From the sequence record PV400809.1: a stretch of 64,000 bases of DNA. The stretch is one strand, 5' to 3'. This document shows positions 48,340 through 57,332 of this stretch, piece by piece. Made by a program: the position numbers and the translations under genes. Under the pieces are notes generated by a model. The model was not told the origin of the DNA. It searched no databases and saw only the letters and a program-made list of their open reading frames with translations. How positions within the stretch are numbered: the first letter of the stretch is position 1; each line of letters opens with the position of its first letter.

Positions 48340-49317
48340 TTATGATGTTAAGAGTTCTTGAGTCCAGGAATACCCTCCACTGGAACGAGTTAATCCCAAG
48401 ATGTTGTTACGTATTGCGTTGATGTTAAACCCTTTCGCCTTAGCCTCCGCAGGGCTGTGAATAACGATCGTCTCACCGGTCTTTAGATTCGTTCCAATAA
48501 ACCGGTACTTGATCCAAGGGGAAACATCCTTGAGTTCTTTAACAATCTCTTCAGGAATGCTGTGAGGAAGGTTCTGGATATCCTCTTCACTGGCAAAACA
48601 CCATTCGCAGTTCCCATGTGACTTCAGGTTACTATTAGCAGCATTACTAACGGCTGCTTGGTCAAATCCATACTCTTCTAGATTTCTTCCTCCAAAGAGT
48701 ACAAACTCGTAACCAATATGGTTCCCTCTGATCACTTTACCCTTAACAGGTTTGGTATCCCGATGTTCCTTACCAGACACCATAAGACCTGTGTCGTAAG
48801 CGTGGTTGATGTTTTGTCTACTTGTACACCATTCAAGGTTATCCAAAGCCCAATTCTGTTTGTTACCATCCTTGTGATTGACTTCCAGATCCTTGGGATG
48901 ATACCCCTGTTTAAGGAGTTCTTCCGGTACTGGAATGAATGTACAGGCGAGCGCTCTATGAAGTCCTACGGTGTTATTCTTGCCTTGTACGGCAATAAAG
49001 GCGTTGGTGTAACCGCCTGGGTGGAAACTGGTAGGAATCTCTCGGTATTCCTTTTCAGGGTTATTGCAGGAGAGGATCTTACCTTTATTGCTAATCAGGA
49101 GGTAATGGAGTTTGATTTCCTTAAGGGCATTCTCATCCTTGACTCGTTTGTCTTGCTTACGGTAGTAGAGGGGAATGAAAACTTCGTAAGTAGGATCTTC
49201 TCGAAGTTTCTTATCCAGAGCTGTTTTAAGGAGGGGGAGGTTGTACGGGAAGGGATGTTGTTGGTAGGTGCTCAGTTCCTCGGGGGTAAAGAGGTCGGTA
49301 AGGGTGTTAATCGTCAT
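48340..49317 (-). mobile_element. free-standing HNH homing endonuclease (325 aa)
   Basis: LHRALACTFIP...EVNHKDGNKQNWALDNLEWCTSRQNINHA HNH core; two C-terminal NUMOD/HTH-like repeats ending CEW and YSW. Confidence 0.9.
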
Positions 49318-49475
49318 TAGAAAGGTTCCTTATGGAAAGGTAATAGGGTAATACCCTCTTTAAAGGGTCTATTAACGCGTATAAGCGTTAAACAGAGGTA
49401 AGGTAACACTACCCTAGGGTTTTATTAAAAACCTCTTAGACTTGGAGGTGGCATTGAAATAAATAAATAAACGAC

Positions 49476-49509
49476 TACTACCTCCCTTCCTTGCGGAAGG
49501 GAGGTAGTA
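49476..49509 (-). terminator. 15-bp hairpin with TTTATTTATTT tail
   Basis: TACTACCTCCCTTCC-ttgc-GGAAGGGAGGTAGTA. Confidence 0.8.
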
Positions 49510-49521
49510 TACGCGTACTGT

Positions 49522-50001
49522 CTAGAGATGGTCATCGACTCCAGTTAGCAACATGACAACACGGTTATTTAGGTGTTTCCCTTGGAAGTTGAACTGTTTA
49601 CTGAGTTCAGGAAGAGTGAGGACATCATTCAACATCATGAAATCCAAGGGACTGTTAGCAGCTGTTATGGAGCTAATGGCTAAACACAGTTTATCTCTGA
49701 GCCAATCCGAATAACCGGACACGTCGTAGAAGGGAGACTCGACATCTTCTCCATCCTGTCGGTCTAGCTCTTTCAGTACATCGAGCAGTAATTCAATTGA
49801 CTGTTCAATGTTCGTATCCGGATCATTTTTGTAGTATTCAGGATCGGCTATAGCGTCTTGGAGCGTTTCTACGGATGACGAATAGTCCTTTAAAGCGATC
49901 GTTAAGGCTTCTATCAGGATGAAATCCATGAGCGTATTGGAAACATCCGCATACAGCTCCGCTCGGGTATCAGGATCGAGGTTTATGATAACAGACTTCA
50001 T
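49522..50001 (-). CDS. hypothetical acidic protein (159 aa)
   Basis: AGGGT SD before ATG 50001. Confidence 0.7.
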   Translation of the reverse strand: MKSVIINLDPDTRAELYADVSNTLMDFILIEALTIALKDYSSSVETLQDAIADPEYYKNDPDTNIEQSIELLLDVLKELDRQDGEDVESPFYDVSGYSDWLRDKLCLAISSITAANSPLDFMMLNDVLTLPELSKQFNFQGKHLNNRVVMLLTGVDDHL

Positions 50002-50006
50002 ACACC

Positions 50007-50387
50007 CTACGCCTCGACCGTAATCAGTACTCCGGAGTCTGTTGAAGACACCAGATGCCACCGATGACCTTTATACGGCAACAGGGCTTTTAGGTCCTCC
50101 TGGTACACCACGTTCTCCTCATACTGCTTAAACGCTTCCATGACGTCCAGGACTTCGGTTTGGATGTACTGTTCAATGGTTTCAGGTTCCGTATACTCCG
50201 GAGGCACCGTAATGAACTTACGGATAAATTCACCCGACATATCAAAGTTCACTTCATCCATGAAGCACCGAACCCGTTCGGTTACCAGAATCTTCAGGAT
50301 GAATTTCTGACGCAGAGACTCCATTCCGGGGGTTCTGACGTTCTGGGACTTAACAGTACGGCTGTGAGGGTTGCAGGAATAGGTCAT
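50007..50387 (-). CDS. hypothetical protein (126 aa)
   Basis: ATGA-coupled. Confidence 0.65.
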   Translation of the reverse strand: MTYSCNPHSRTVKSQNVRTPGMESLRQKFILKILVTERVRCFMDEVNFDMSGEFIRKFITVPPEYTEPETIEQYIQTEVLDVMEAFKQYEENVVYQEDLKALLPYKGHRWHLVSSTDSGVLITVEA

Positions 50388-50809
50388 TTAGGGTCACCAT
50401 AGAGTTTTATGAGCCAATGGTTAGGTAGGTGTCGGATTACCCAGTAACGTTCAACAGAGAGCGTATTTGACACCTCTGCGAGCTTGTCCTTATTTAACTG
50501 GAAAAGGTGATCCAGAATACCGAGGGCTTCGTCCATGTAAAACTCGGTCATGGCGTGAGGATCCTTAACAAGGTTCCAATATTCCTGCTCGTGCAGTAGG
50601 GGGGACATTTTAACCTGTCCCTCTTCATCGAAAAGGATGTTTTCGGTTTCGGTTTCTAACCATTCTTCCAGAATATCATCTTCAACGAGTGAACCATCCG
50701 CAAAGATGTGGTAAAGGGAATCCTCGACCAACTGAGTGGCTACCCAGCTGATCTGTCCGATGTTAGGGCATGAAATGATCAGCATGGGCTGACGTTTGAA
50801 TAGCGGCAT
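50384..50809 (-). CDS. hypothetical protein (141 aa)
   Basis: ATG 50809 after a hairpin and CCTTTATGTCG motif. Confidence 0.65.
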   Translation of the reverse strand: MPLFKRQPMLIISCPNIGQISWVATQLVEDSLYHIFADGSLVEDDILEEWLETETENILFDEEGQVKMSPLLHEQEYWNLVKDPHAMTEFYMDEALGILDHLFQLNKDKLAEVSNTLSVERYWVIRHLPNHWLIKLYGDPK

Positions 50810-50849
50810 AGTCGCAGTACCCCGACATAAAGGGAAACCCCCTGGGACC

Positions 50850-52388
50850 TCAGTCCAGGGAGCATTCCGAATTGATACGTTTGAAGGTCTTCTGTTTCTC
50901 AAAGAACACCTGTTCCCGTTTGGCTAAGTATTCCACGTGCTTCGCTAAGTCCAAACACACCAGGAACACAAAGGCAGGGTCGATCTCATTATTGAACTTA
51001 CCCGACAACGCCCTGAGTCGTCCAATGATCTGCTTATTAGCCTGAGTCGACGCAACCGTGTGGGCGCAGATCACCGTTACCAACCCCCCGATATCCTTAC
51101 CTGTCCCACAACTGTTCGGAGTCGTAATGATGATCTCGTGCTTTAAGTACTTGTCTTTCTTATCTTTCAGCTTGGAATCATCCCCAGTAAAAGTTTCGAA
51201 ATCCCAACCGGGATATTCTTTCCTGAACAGTTCCAACATGGCATCGCACATATTGACCCTGGAGAAGAAGAACAAGCACTTCGTTCCCTCACGCCTCACA
51301 TTGAGGTAATACTCCTTAAAGGCCTTATTAACCAGTTTAAAGTAGAATGCCAGGAGTACACCCGACTTTAAGATGCTCTTTTCAAACGTCTTATCGTTAT
51401 ACGCCCCAAACTGATCCGTCTTGAGATGGTAACGACGGGTGTTGAGGCGATACAGGTACGCCACTACATCGATGTAATGCTCGGGTTCTGCCTCCTTTAA
51501 CCGTAGCCGCTTAGGGAACAAGTACTGGTACATCTTGTTCGTAAAGGGATCGTCTGCTTTCAAGGTGGCTGAGAGCAGGAAGAGTTTCTTGATATTCCCA
51601 AACATTAAGGACAAGAAGATCTGATGAATCGCTTCATGCCCTTCATCAATGATCCTTAATCCCGGATTGATCCGTTTGATCAAATCATCCATATGTAACC
51701 CGTCTCGGGTCTCTTTCCCTTTACGGAGGAAGACCTCAATACGAGACATCGGAATAATAATGATCTTAGGATCAAACTTCCCGTCTTCTAAACACTCATA
51801 CAACGATTCCAGGGTATTCTCCCAGATTAAGAGATCCCCTGGAATGAGTTTAACGATCTTGTTGAGTTCCCGTATCCAGTTGATCTGGTAACGGGGTTGC
51901 ATGGTGATTAACGTCCGTTTACCAATCTTCACCATGCTGTGGATGGCCATATATGTCTTCCCAAAGCCCGTGGAGGCGTTATTGACCTTCAGGTGGCCAT
52001 CGCTCAGCATGTAGTCGATCCATTCACCTTGACCTTCCCTGAACTGATCAAACCCTGGATTGAATTCAAAGACAACATCCTTGCCTTCGATCTCCGGTTC
52101 ATCCTGAATCTTCAGGCGGGATTCTTTATACCCCCTGTAGCCTGCAAATTCCACAAACTCTTTAAGGGTTTCAATGGGTAGCCGGTATTCACTTTTGTCA
52201 TAATTCGACCGAGCAAAGACGTGTTGAACAAACCACGCCTGCTTCCGGGTACCCGGTATTGGCTTCTTAGCCATCTTGCAGAGATTCAGTTTACAAAACG
52301 GTAAGATTACCCGAACCGCGAATTCCTCATAGAACCCGTTGATTCTGAAGTAATGATTCGCTTTGCTGATAGTTGCTGTTGCTCGCAT
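50850..52388 (-). CDS. SF2 (UvsW/XPB-like) helicase (phiKZ gp75-like, 512 aa)
   Basis: STGFGKT, IIDEGHE, LSAT and QIIGRLR motifs. Confidence 0.9.
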   Translation of the reverse strand: MRATATISKANHYFRINGFYEEFAVRVILPFCKLNLCKMAKKPIPGTRKQAWFVQHVFARSNYDKSEYRLPIETLKEFVEFAGYRGYKESRLKIQDEPEIEGKDVVFEFNPGFDQFREGQGEWIDYMLSDGHLKVNNASTGFGKTYMAIHSMVKIGKRTLITMQPRYQINWIRELNKIVKLIPGDLLIWENTLESLYECLEDGKFDPKIIIIPMSRIEVFLRKGKETRDGLHMDDLIKRINPGLRIIDEGHEAIHQIFLSLMFGNIKKLFLLSATLKADDPFTNKMYQYLFPKRLRLKEAEPEHYIDVVAYLYRLNTRRYHLKTDQFGAYNDKTFEKSILKSGVLLAFYFKLVNKAFKEYYLNVRREGTKCLFFFSRVNMCDAMLELFRKEYPGWDFETFTGDDSKLKDKKDKYLKHEIIITTPNSCGTGKDIGGLVTVICAHTVASTQANKQIIGRLRALSGKFNNEIDPAFVFLVCLDLAKHVEYLAKREQVFFEKQKTFKRINSECSLD

Positions 52389-52394
52389 AATCAA

Positions 52395-52430
52395 CCTCTT
52401 AAGGGGGATTCCGAGGACCCCCTTAAGAGG
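52395..52430 (-). promoter_or_regulatory. 13-bp stem containing the helicase Shine-Dalgarno
   Basis: 3' arm on the minus strand ends in AAGAGG, 6 nt before ATG 52388. Confidence 0.7.
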
Positions 52431-52457
52431 TCCACACTAACGAACGGGGTCACCCAC

Positions 52458-54470
52458 TCAACTCACCGCTAAGCTAAAGAAGCACTCCAGCGGACTCCCC
52501 TGACGGTTTACCACACGGAATGTCTTAGGATCGCTCAGCACATTTTGCTGGTTCTCGTAGATCATTAGCATACCCGCCCCTCTGCCTTTGATACACTCCT
52601 GGAAGTTCACGAAGTACTTAGGTCCATTACCATTCGCCAGGGAATAATCCCCGCGCATGGGATCCCGACACAACGTGGAATAGAGTAAGACCTCAGGATG
52701 GATGATGTTAATTCCTTTCGTTTCCTGGTTGATCAACCCCCAGTATTCCGCTAAGACTTCACCAAAGAGACGGGGTGTAACGATCTGCTGTCTCCAGGCG
52801 TTATTGCGTTTATTGAACGTGATGAAGTTCTCTACCCGAGCCCTGTGCATGTCCAAGTCTTCACGAACATACGGCAGTGTGAAGATAGGACTGAGCGTAT
52901 TCCATTCACTCAAATCAACGGTAATATGTTTCTTACCTTCGTTCGCCCAACCTTTACTCAGGAGATAGTTCAGGAACTCCAACGAGAACCGGGCATTCCT
53001 AGACGACACCGAGGTACAGGCCGCGTGCTGCTGGAGGGTCTTACCCCCCATCATGATGTCTTCGACTTCATAGCGGAATGTGACTTCAGAGAAGTACGGG
53101 AGTTTATCCAGGCTCAAGTTGTCCAGAACATCCAAGGAACGGATATCCGAGAGGATGTTCACAATATCGGCTTTGAGCACCAATTCAGTGCCTGGTGCGC
53201 AGAGCTCCTTAGTCAGGAAAATATCGTCACCATTGGAATAGATAACGTTCTTATCCTTAGTCGCAGGAACGAACTTACGGGTCGTTGCATTCCTAATGAA
53301 ATGCTTGGTGGAGAGCATTCCCTGGCCGATGGGGTTACAGATCGAGGTGGTACACCACATCCCGACATCAGCCCCTTTCTTCATCATCACGTTATACGGG
53401 ATAGAGCTCGCCATCATCCCGTAGCATACCCGGCAGGGTGAAGCACTATTGTAGTGATTACAGAAGGCCACACTACGAATATTAACCCACTCCCCTGGCT
53501 TAATTGACCACACCGTGGTTTGATCAATGAGTTCTAATTCTCCTGTATCGGTTACCCTGAATTTACCCAACAGTGCCATTGCCGCTTGCATATTGGGAAT
53601 TCGGATCGGCACCGTAGTGGTCGTTCCACAGTCCGTGAAATGATCGATATCCGCTACCACAGCAGACAGGATATGCACCTTCCGGTGGAACCATTCCGAT
53701 GATTTCAGGGCCTTGCCGTTATTGGTCAAGCTCTTACCCGCTGCATTCCGTTCACCCAGCATATCAGCCAGGTTGGTAATACCATGCGCATACGGAACCG
53801 TAATCGCATTCGGCATGATCGAGTTGTTCAGGTCAAAGACCTTACCCCGGATGATCGTCTTCTGATACGCCTGGTTAATGGCCACCCCGCCCGTACGCGA
53901 CAGCAGGGTGAGGGTGTTGTTGGCAATGGAATGAGCGGTCCGGACATAATCCGCAAACTCCCGCTCACCCTCATCAATTGAAATCTCCTTGCTCAGGACA
54001 CGGTCCCGTATTCCAGAGATCCCTTCATCTTCCATGAACTCCGCTACGGATTCAGCGGTGGCTGAAATAACGTAACGTTCACTCATCACCACCAGCAGGT
54101 TATTTAGCTTATTCTGCCAGATATGAATAAGCCGTTTAATCCCGTCCACTTCCACCGGGTCAATAATCGTAGGAAGAATGACCTTTAAGAACTGGTTAAT
54201 AGGCGTCGCGTTGGTTCCATCGTTATAGACGGTGTCTTCAGCCCCTTCCACCTTGTTACTGGGTACCATCTCCTTAATGGAATAGGGAACATCGTTATAA
54301 TGCCGGTGGATGATCATTCCATGCCAGGTAATGATCAGAGCGTAGGTATCCGTTAGAGCGACTTGGTCCAGGTCATCCGTGACCTCCACCCACCGACGGG
54401 TATTTAACCAACGGAGAACAGTTTCTTCTGGTAAATTAGCCCATTCACGGAGTTTGATCTTCATTACCAT
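52458..54470 (-). CDS. non-virion RNA polymerase beta' subunit, C-terminal half (phiKZ gp74-like, 670 aa)
   Basis: DCGT, FCNH...CRVCYG, QGMLSTKH motifs; synteny. Confidence 0.9.
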   Translation of the reverse strand: MVMKIKLREWANLPEETVLRWLNTRRWVEVTDDLDQVALTDTYALIITWHGMIIHRHYNDVPYSIKEMVPSNKVEGAEDTVYNDGTNATPINQFLKVILPTIIDPVEVDGIKRLIHIWQNKLNNLLVVMSERYVISATAESVAEFMEDEGISGIRDRVLSKEISIDEGEREFADYVRTAHSIANNTLTLLSRTGGVAINQAYQKTIIRGKVFDLNNSIMPNAITVPYAHGITNLADMLGERNAAGKSLTNNGKALKSSEWFHRKVHILSAVVADIDHFTDCGTTTTVPIRIPNMQAAMALLGKFRVTDTGELELIDQTTVWSIKPGEWVNIRSVAFCNHYNSASPCRVCYGMMASSIPYNVMMKKGADVGMWCTTSICNPIGQGMLSTKHFIRNATTRKFVPATKDKNVIYSNGDDIFLTKELCAPGTELVLKADIVNILSDIRSLDVLDNLSLDKLPYFSEVTFRYEVEDIMMGGKTLQQHAACTSVSSRNARFSLEFLNYLLSKGWANEGKKHITVDLSEWNTLSPIFTLPYVREDLDMHRARVENFITFNKRNNAWRQQIVTPRLFGEVLAEYWGLINQETKGINIIHPEVLLYSTLCRDPMRGDYSLANGNGPKYFVNFQECIKGRGAGMLMIYENQQNVLSDPKTFRVVNRQGSPLECFFSLAVS

Positions 54471-54509
54471 GAGTTACATTCCTCTCCATACCGTGAGTCT
54501 ATCATGGGG

Positions 54510-56816
54510 TTAAGGTTCTTGAGTGGGTTTCTCGGATGACTGAAGCTGCTTCAAGGTCTCGTCATCTAACCCTGGGATTTCATCCATGTTAAAGGTTGGA
54601 TATTCCCGACGATCACTGGGTAGTTCAGCTCGTAGTCGATAACCCGAATCCGACAACATTCCCACCGCCATTTTCAACGCCCGATTCCCCAAATACTCCT
54701 CCGGTTTAATCAACCGAGGAATCTCAAACGGATCATCCGCACGAATAACCCGTTGGGAGGCTTTCTTCTGGTTTTCGGGGGAATACGCCAGAGCCAGTTG
54801 CTTGATCATTTCCTGCCCGCCCGCATGACTGACTTGCAACCGGCCTTCGGTTTCACCGGTATTCTTGTTATTACTGTCTTTCATGGGGGTGGCGTATTTA
54901 CTGCCTTCGTTCATCTTCGCTGGCATACCAAAGAGGTTAGCCTTCGGCATACTCTGCGCGCTCATGTCCGTACCAAACTTATCCAGGAGCATAATGTCCT
55001 GACAGCTGATAAGGATAGGGTTCTCGGTTTCCACTCGTTCCCCCAGTGCGTTCACGATAATGGCTTTCTGCGGCTTATACGGGTATTGACGACGCAGGGC
55101 GTTGATCAGGTTCACGCCATACAACTTCGTGTTACTGACCACATGCACGGAAATCTTCCGGCGACAGACATCGTCGACGTGCTCACGTTTCTCCTCCTCC
55201 GTAACCAACGCGTGAGCAACCAATTCACTGAATTCAGGGAAACCGGTTTCATAGAACGTCATCAGCGCCTGGAAAGCACCTTCATAATCCCCTTGTAGCC
55301 GTAGATGTCTGACTTCCCGTTGAACGTTCATGTTCACATAGTTGATACTCAGTTCCATGAGCAACGAAAAGATCTGGCGACGGAACGCCGGGACGTTATC
55401 TTTAATGAATTCCGCACGAGTCCCGTCCGGATAGGTTGGGGCTTCGTCGTCTTCAATGACTCGTACACACACCCCTTTGTCACCGTTCAAACCCGCGTAC
55501 TTGAATTTAACACGACCTTTAACCCGTTCCTTCAGTTCGATGGTCACGTTCCAATCTTTCAGCTTGTCCCACCGTTCCACTCGGGCCAATGGGTTAATAC
55601 GACCCAACCCATTGCGGGTATAGTTACCATACGCGTTCCGAATGAACGTATCGAGGTCAAAGGTAATGGGGATGTCTTCCCCGCGGTTGGCAGCGATCTT
55701 CCCTTCGTACCACCGGATCACATTGTTCCACATTTCATTCTGGCGTTTCTCATAGCGGTCCAGCATGGCATTGTGGTGTTGTTCGATGTAATCCGTACCC
55801 CGGTTATTGGACCGGTTCTTCATCCGATCCGACCGAACAGTGACTGACATCACAACCGCATCCACAGGTGCGTAGAACAACTTGTCGTACACCAGATCTG
55901 GTTCTCGTAGGGACTTCTTGGTCAGGGAAACCAGCGCGTTCTCTTTGATGCGGCGACGGAAGCCCATGACGATCCCATCCTCACGGATGTTATCACCCGA
56001 CTCAGGGAGCGGTTGGGGGTTCTCGTCCGTTCCGTACAGCATCAGAGGAATCCATTCATCCTCATTCCATTCATAGCTGAACTCGTGCTTGAACATACAG
56101 GCCGAACGTTCCGCATAGGAACGGGTGATAAGCACGCCATCCTCCTCAGTCCTTTGGTCCGAATAGGCGGCTACCAAGGTCGGCATTGCAAAACACCATT
56201 CCCCGTTCTCACTGATACGAGGACTCTTAGCGAAGACAGTCCCTTTAGCGAACGTGGCACCTTTACGGAGCTTACGGAGTTTCTCTTTATCGTATTTATA
56301 TTCGAACCCAACGTAGTGGTTATGGGTGTTATACCGAGGTAGCTCCAGAAGGTCGTAGGCGTTCTGTTCGTCGTTCTTAAAGACCACGTAAATCGAATTC
56401 CAGTCATCCGTATCCTTACCCGGAACCAGACTCTGAACGAAGAAGATCTCTTCCACCAGCATATTCGCAGGGGCTTCGACCTTACGAGCCGTTCCACCGT
56501 AATGTTCCTCAAATTCGTACCCGGTTACCATCATCCGTTCACCCGCTCCTTCGGTCGGCACGGATTTAGGGATCATGTTACCCGCCATATAGAGACGACC
56601 CGCGGAGGCTTCGTGCGGGAAGAGAATCAGGTTACTGCTGACACCCACTAAAGCAGGATGGATTTGATTCTCCCCGCAGGGATACTTGTAACGGACTTCC
56701 TGGAGGAATTGACCCGCTGCACTGTCAGGGGTAAGATCCGTATCCTCTGCACCCAGTGCGGCACGGATCTCACTACTTACACCTTTCAGGTCCTGATTCA
56801 ATTTTTCTTTACTCAT
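54510..56816 (-). CDS. non-virion RNA polymerase beta subunit, C-terminal half (phiKZ gp71-73-like, 768 aa), uninterrupted
   Basis: RLYMAGNM, EDGVLI, KYAGLNGDKGVCVRVI motifs. Confidence 0.9.
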   Translation of the reverse strand: MSKEKLNQDLKGVSSEIRAALGAEDTDLTPDSAAGQFLQEVRYKYPCGENQIHPALVGVSSNLILFPHEASAGRLYMAGNMIPKSVPTEGAGERMMVTGYEFEEHYGGTARKVEAPANMLVEEIFFVQSLVPGKDTDDWNSIYVVFKNDEQNAYDLLELPRYNTHNHYVGFEYKYDKEKLRKLRKGATFAKGTVFAKSPRISENGEWCFAMPTLVAAYSDQRTEEDGVLITRSYAERSACMFKHEFSYEWNEDEWIPLMLYGTDENPQPLPESGDNIREDGIVMGFRRRIKENALVSLTKKSLREPDLVYDKLFYAPVDAVVMSVTVRSDRMKNRSNNRGTDYIEQHHNAMLDRYEKRQNEMWNNVIRWYEGKIAANRGEDIPITFDLDTFIRNAYGNYTRNGLGRINPLARVERWDKLKDWNVTIELKERVKGRVKFKYAGLNGDKGVCVRVIEDDEAPTYPDGTRAEFIKDNVPAFRRQIFSLLMELSINYVNMNVQREVRHLRLQGDYEGAFQALMTFYETGFPEFSELVAHALVTEEEKREHVDDVCRRKISVHVVSNTKLYGVNLINALRRQYPYKPQKAIIVNALGERVETENPILISCQDIMLLDKFGTDMSAQSMPKANLFGMPAKMNEGSKYATPMKDSNNKNTGETEGRLQVSHAGGQEMIKQLALAYSPENQKKASQRVIRADDPFEIPRLIKPEEYLGNRALKMAVGMLSDSGYRLRAELPSDRREYPTFNMDEIPGLDDETLKQLQSSEKPTQEP

Positions 56817-56878
56817 AACGGCTCCATTACAGTCAACAGCAATCTTTTCAATAAAGACAGTCTTAACTCATTCCCGAA

Positions 56879-56897
56879 GATAATATAGGTTCAAAAA
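56879..56897 (-). promoter_or_regulatory. candidate early promoter TTTTTGAACCTATATTATC
   Basis: TATATTAT core with the AACC prefix shared by the other three copies; upstream of nvRNAP beta. Confidence 0.65.
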
Positions 56898-56927
56898 TGG
56901 TTAGCTGCATCGATAAGGATCTTCTCC

Positions 56928-57257
56928 ATGCCACTGTCTATTGTTAACTTCAGTGAAGGACGTGATTTCTTCTTTACTGAACGGTTCAAAGTCTTGGTGC
57001 GGTCCGAACGGGAAATACTCCTCCGTCAAACCCAGGAGATTCCAATCGTCTCTCACGCACAACTGTATGCCTATCGGTATGACTTCTATCGGTTCCTGAG
57101 GGTTCAAGGGGTTGAAAACCATATGCTGTGGGTCACCGCCTATCTGAATGGGATTGAAGATCCCTTTATGGATTGTGCGGGCATGCAAAGTTACAAGATA
57201 ATTGACGAGGCCCATTTGACCCAGGCCGTTGCACGTAGTAATACGACCCAAGCGTAA
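56928..57257 (+). CDS. small opposite-strand protein (109 aa), tail-X/gp53/LysM-like motif
   Basis: AAGGA SD; YRYDFYRFL...LWVTAYLNGIEDP pattern. Confidence 0.65.
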   Translation: MPLSIVNFSEGRDFFFTERFKVLVRSEREILLRQTQEIPIVSHAQLYAYRYDFYRFLRVQGVENHMLWVTAYLNGIEDPFMDCAGMQSYKIIDEAHLTQAVARSNTTQA

Positions 57258-57284
57258 AAATACTGGAATAAAATAGAGAAAACA

Positions 57285-57316
57285 CAGTACCTAGCGGGAT
57301 ATCCCGCTAGGTACTG
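57285..57316. repeat. perfect 32-bp palindrome / bidirectional terminator
   Basis: CAGTACCTAGCGGGAT|ATCCCGCTAGGTACTG between convergent genes. Confidence 0.85.
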
Positions 57317-57332
57317 GTAAGGTTATTGTTGC

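Noticed and set aside
48340-49317. HNH as part of a group I intron
   Set aside because: It does not interrupt a gene; both flanking ORFs are complete and end at their own hairpins.
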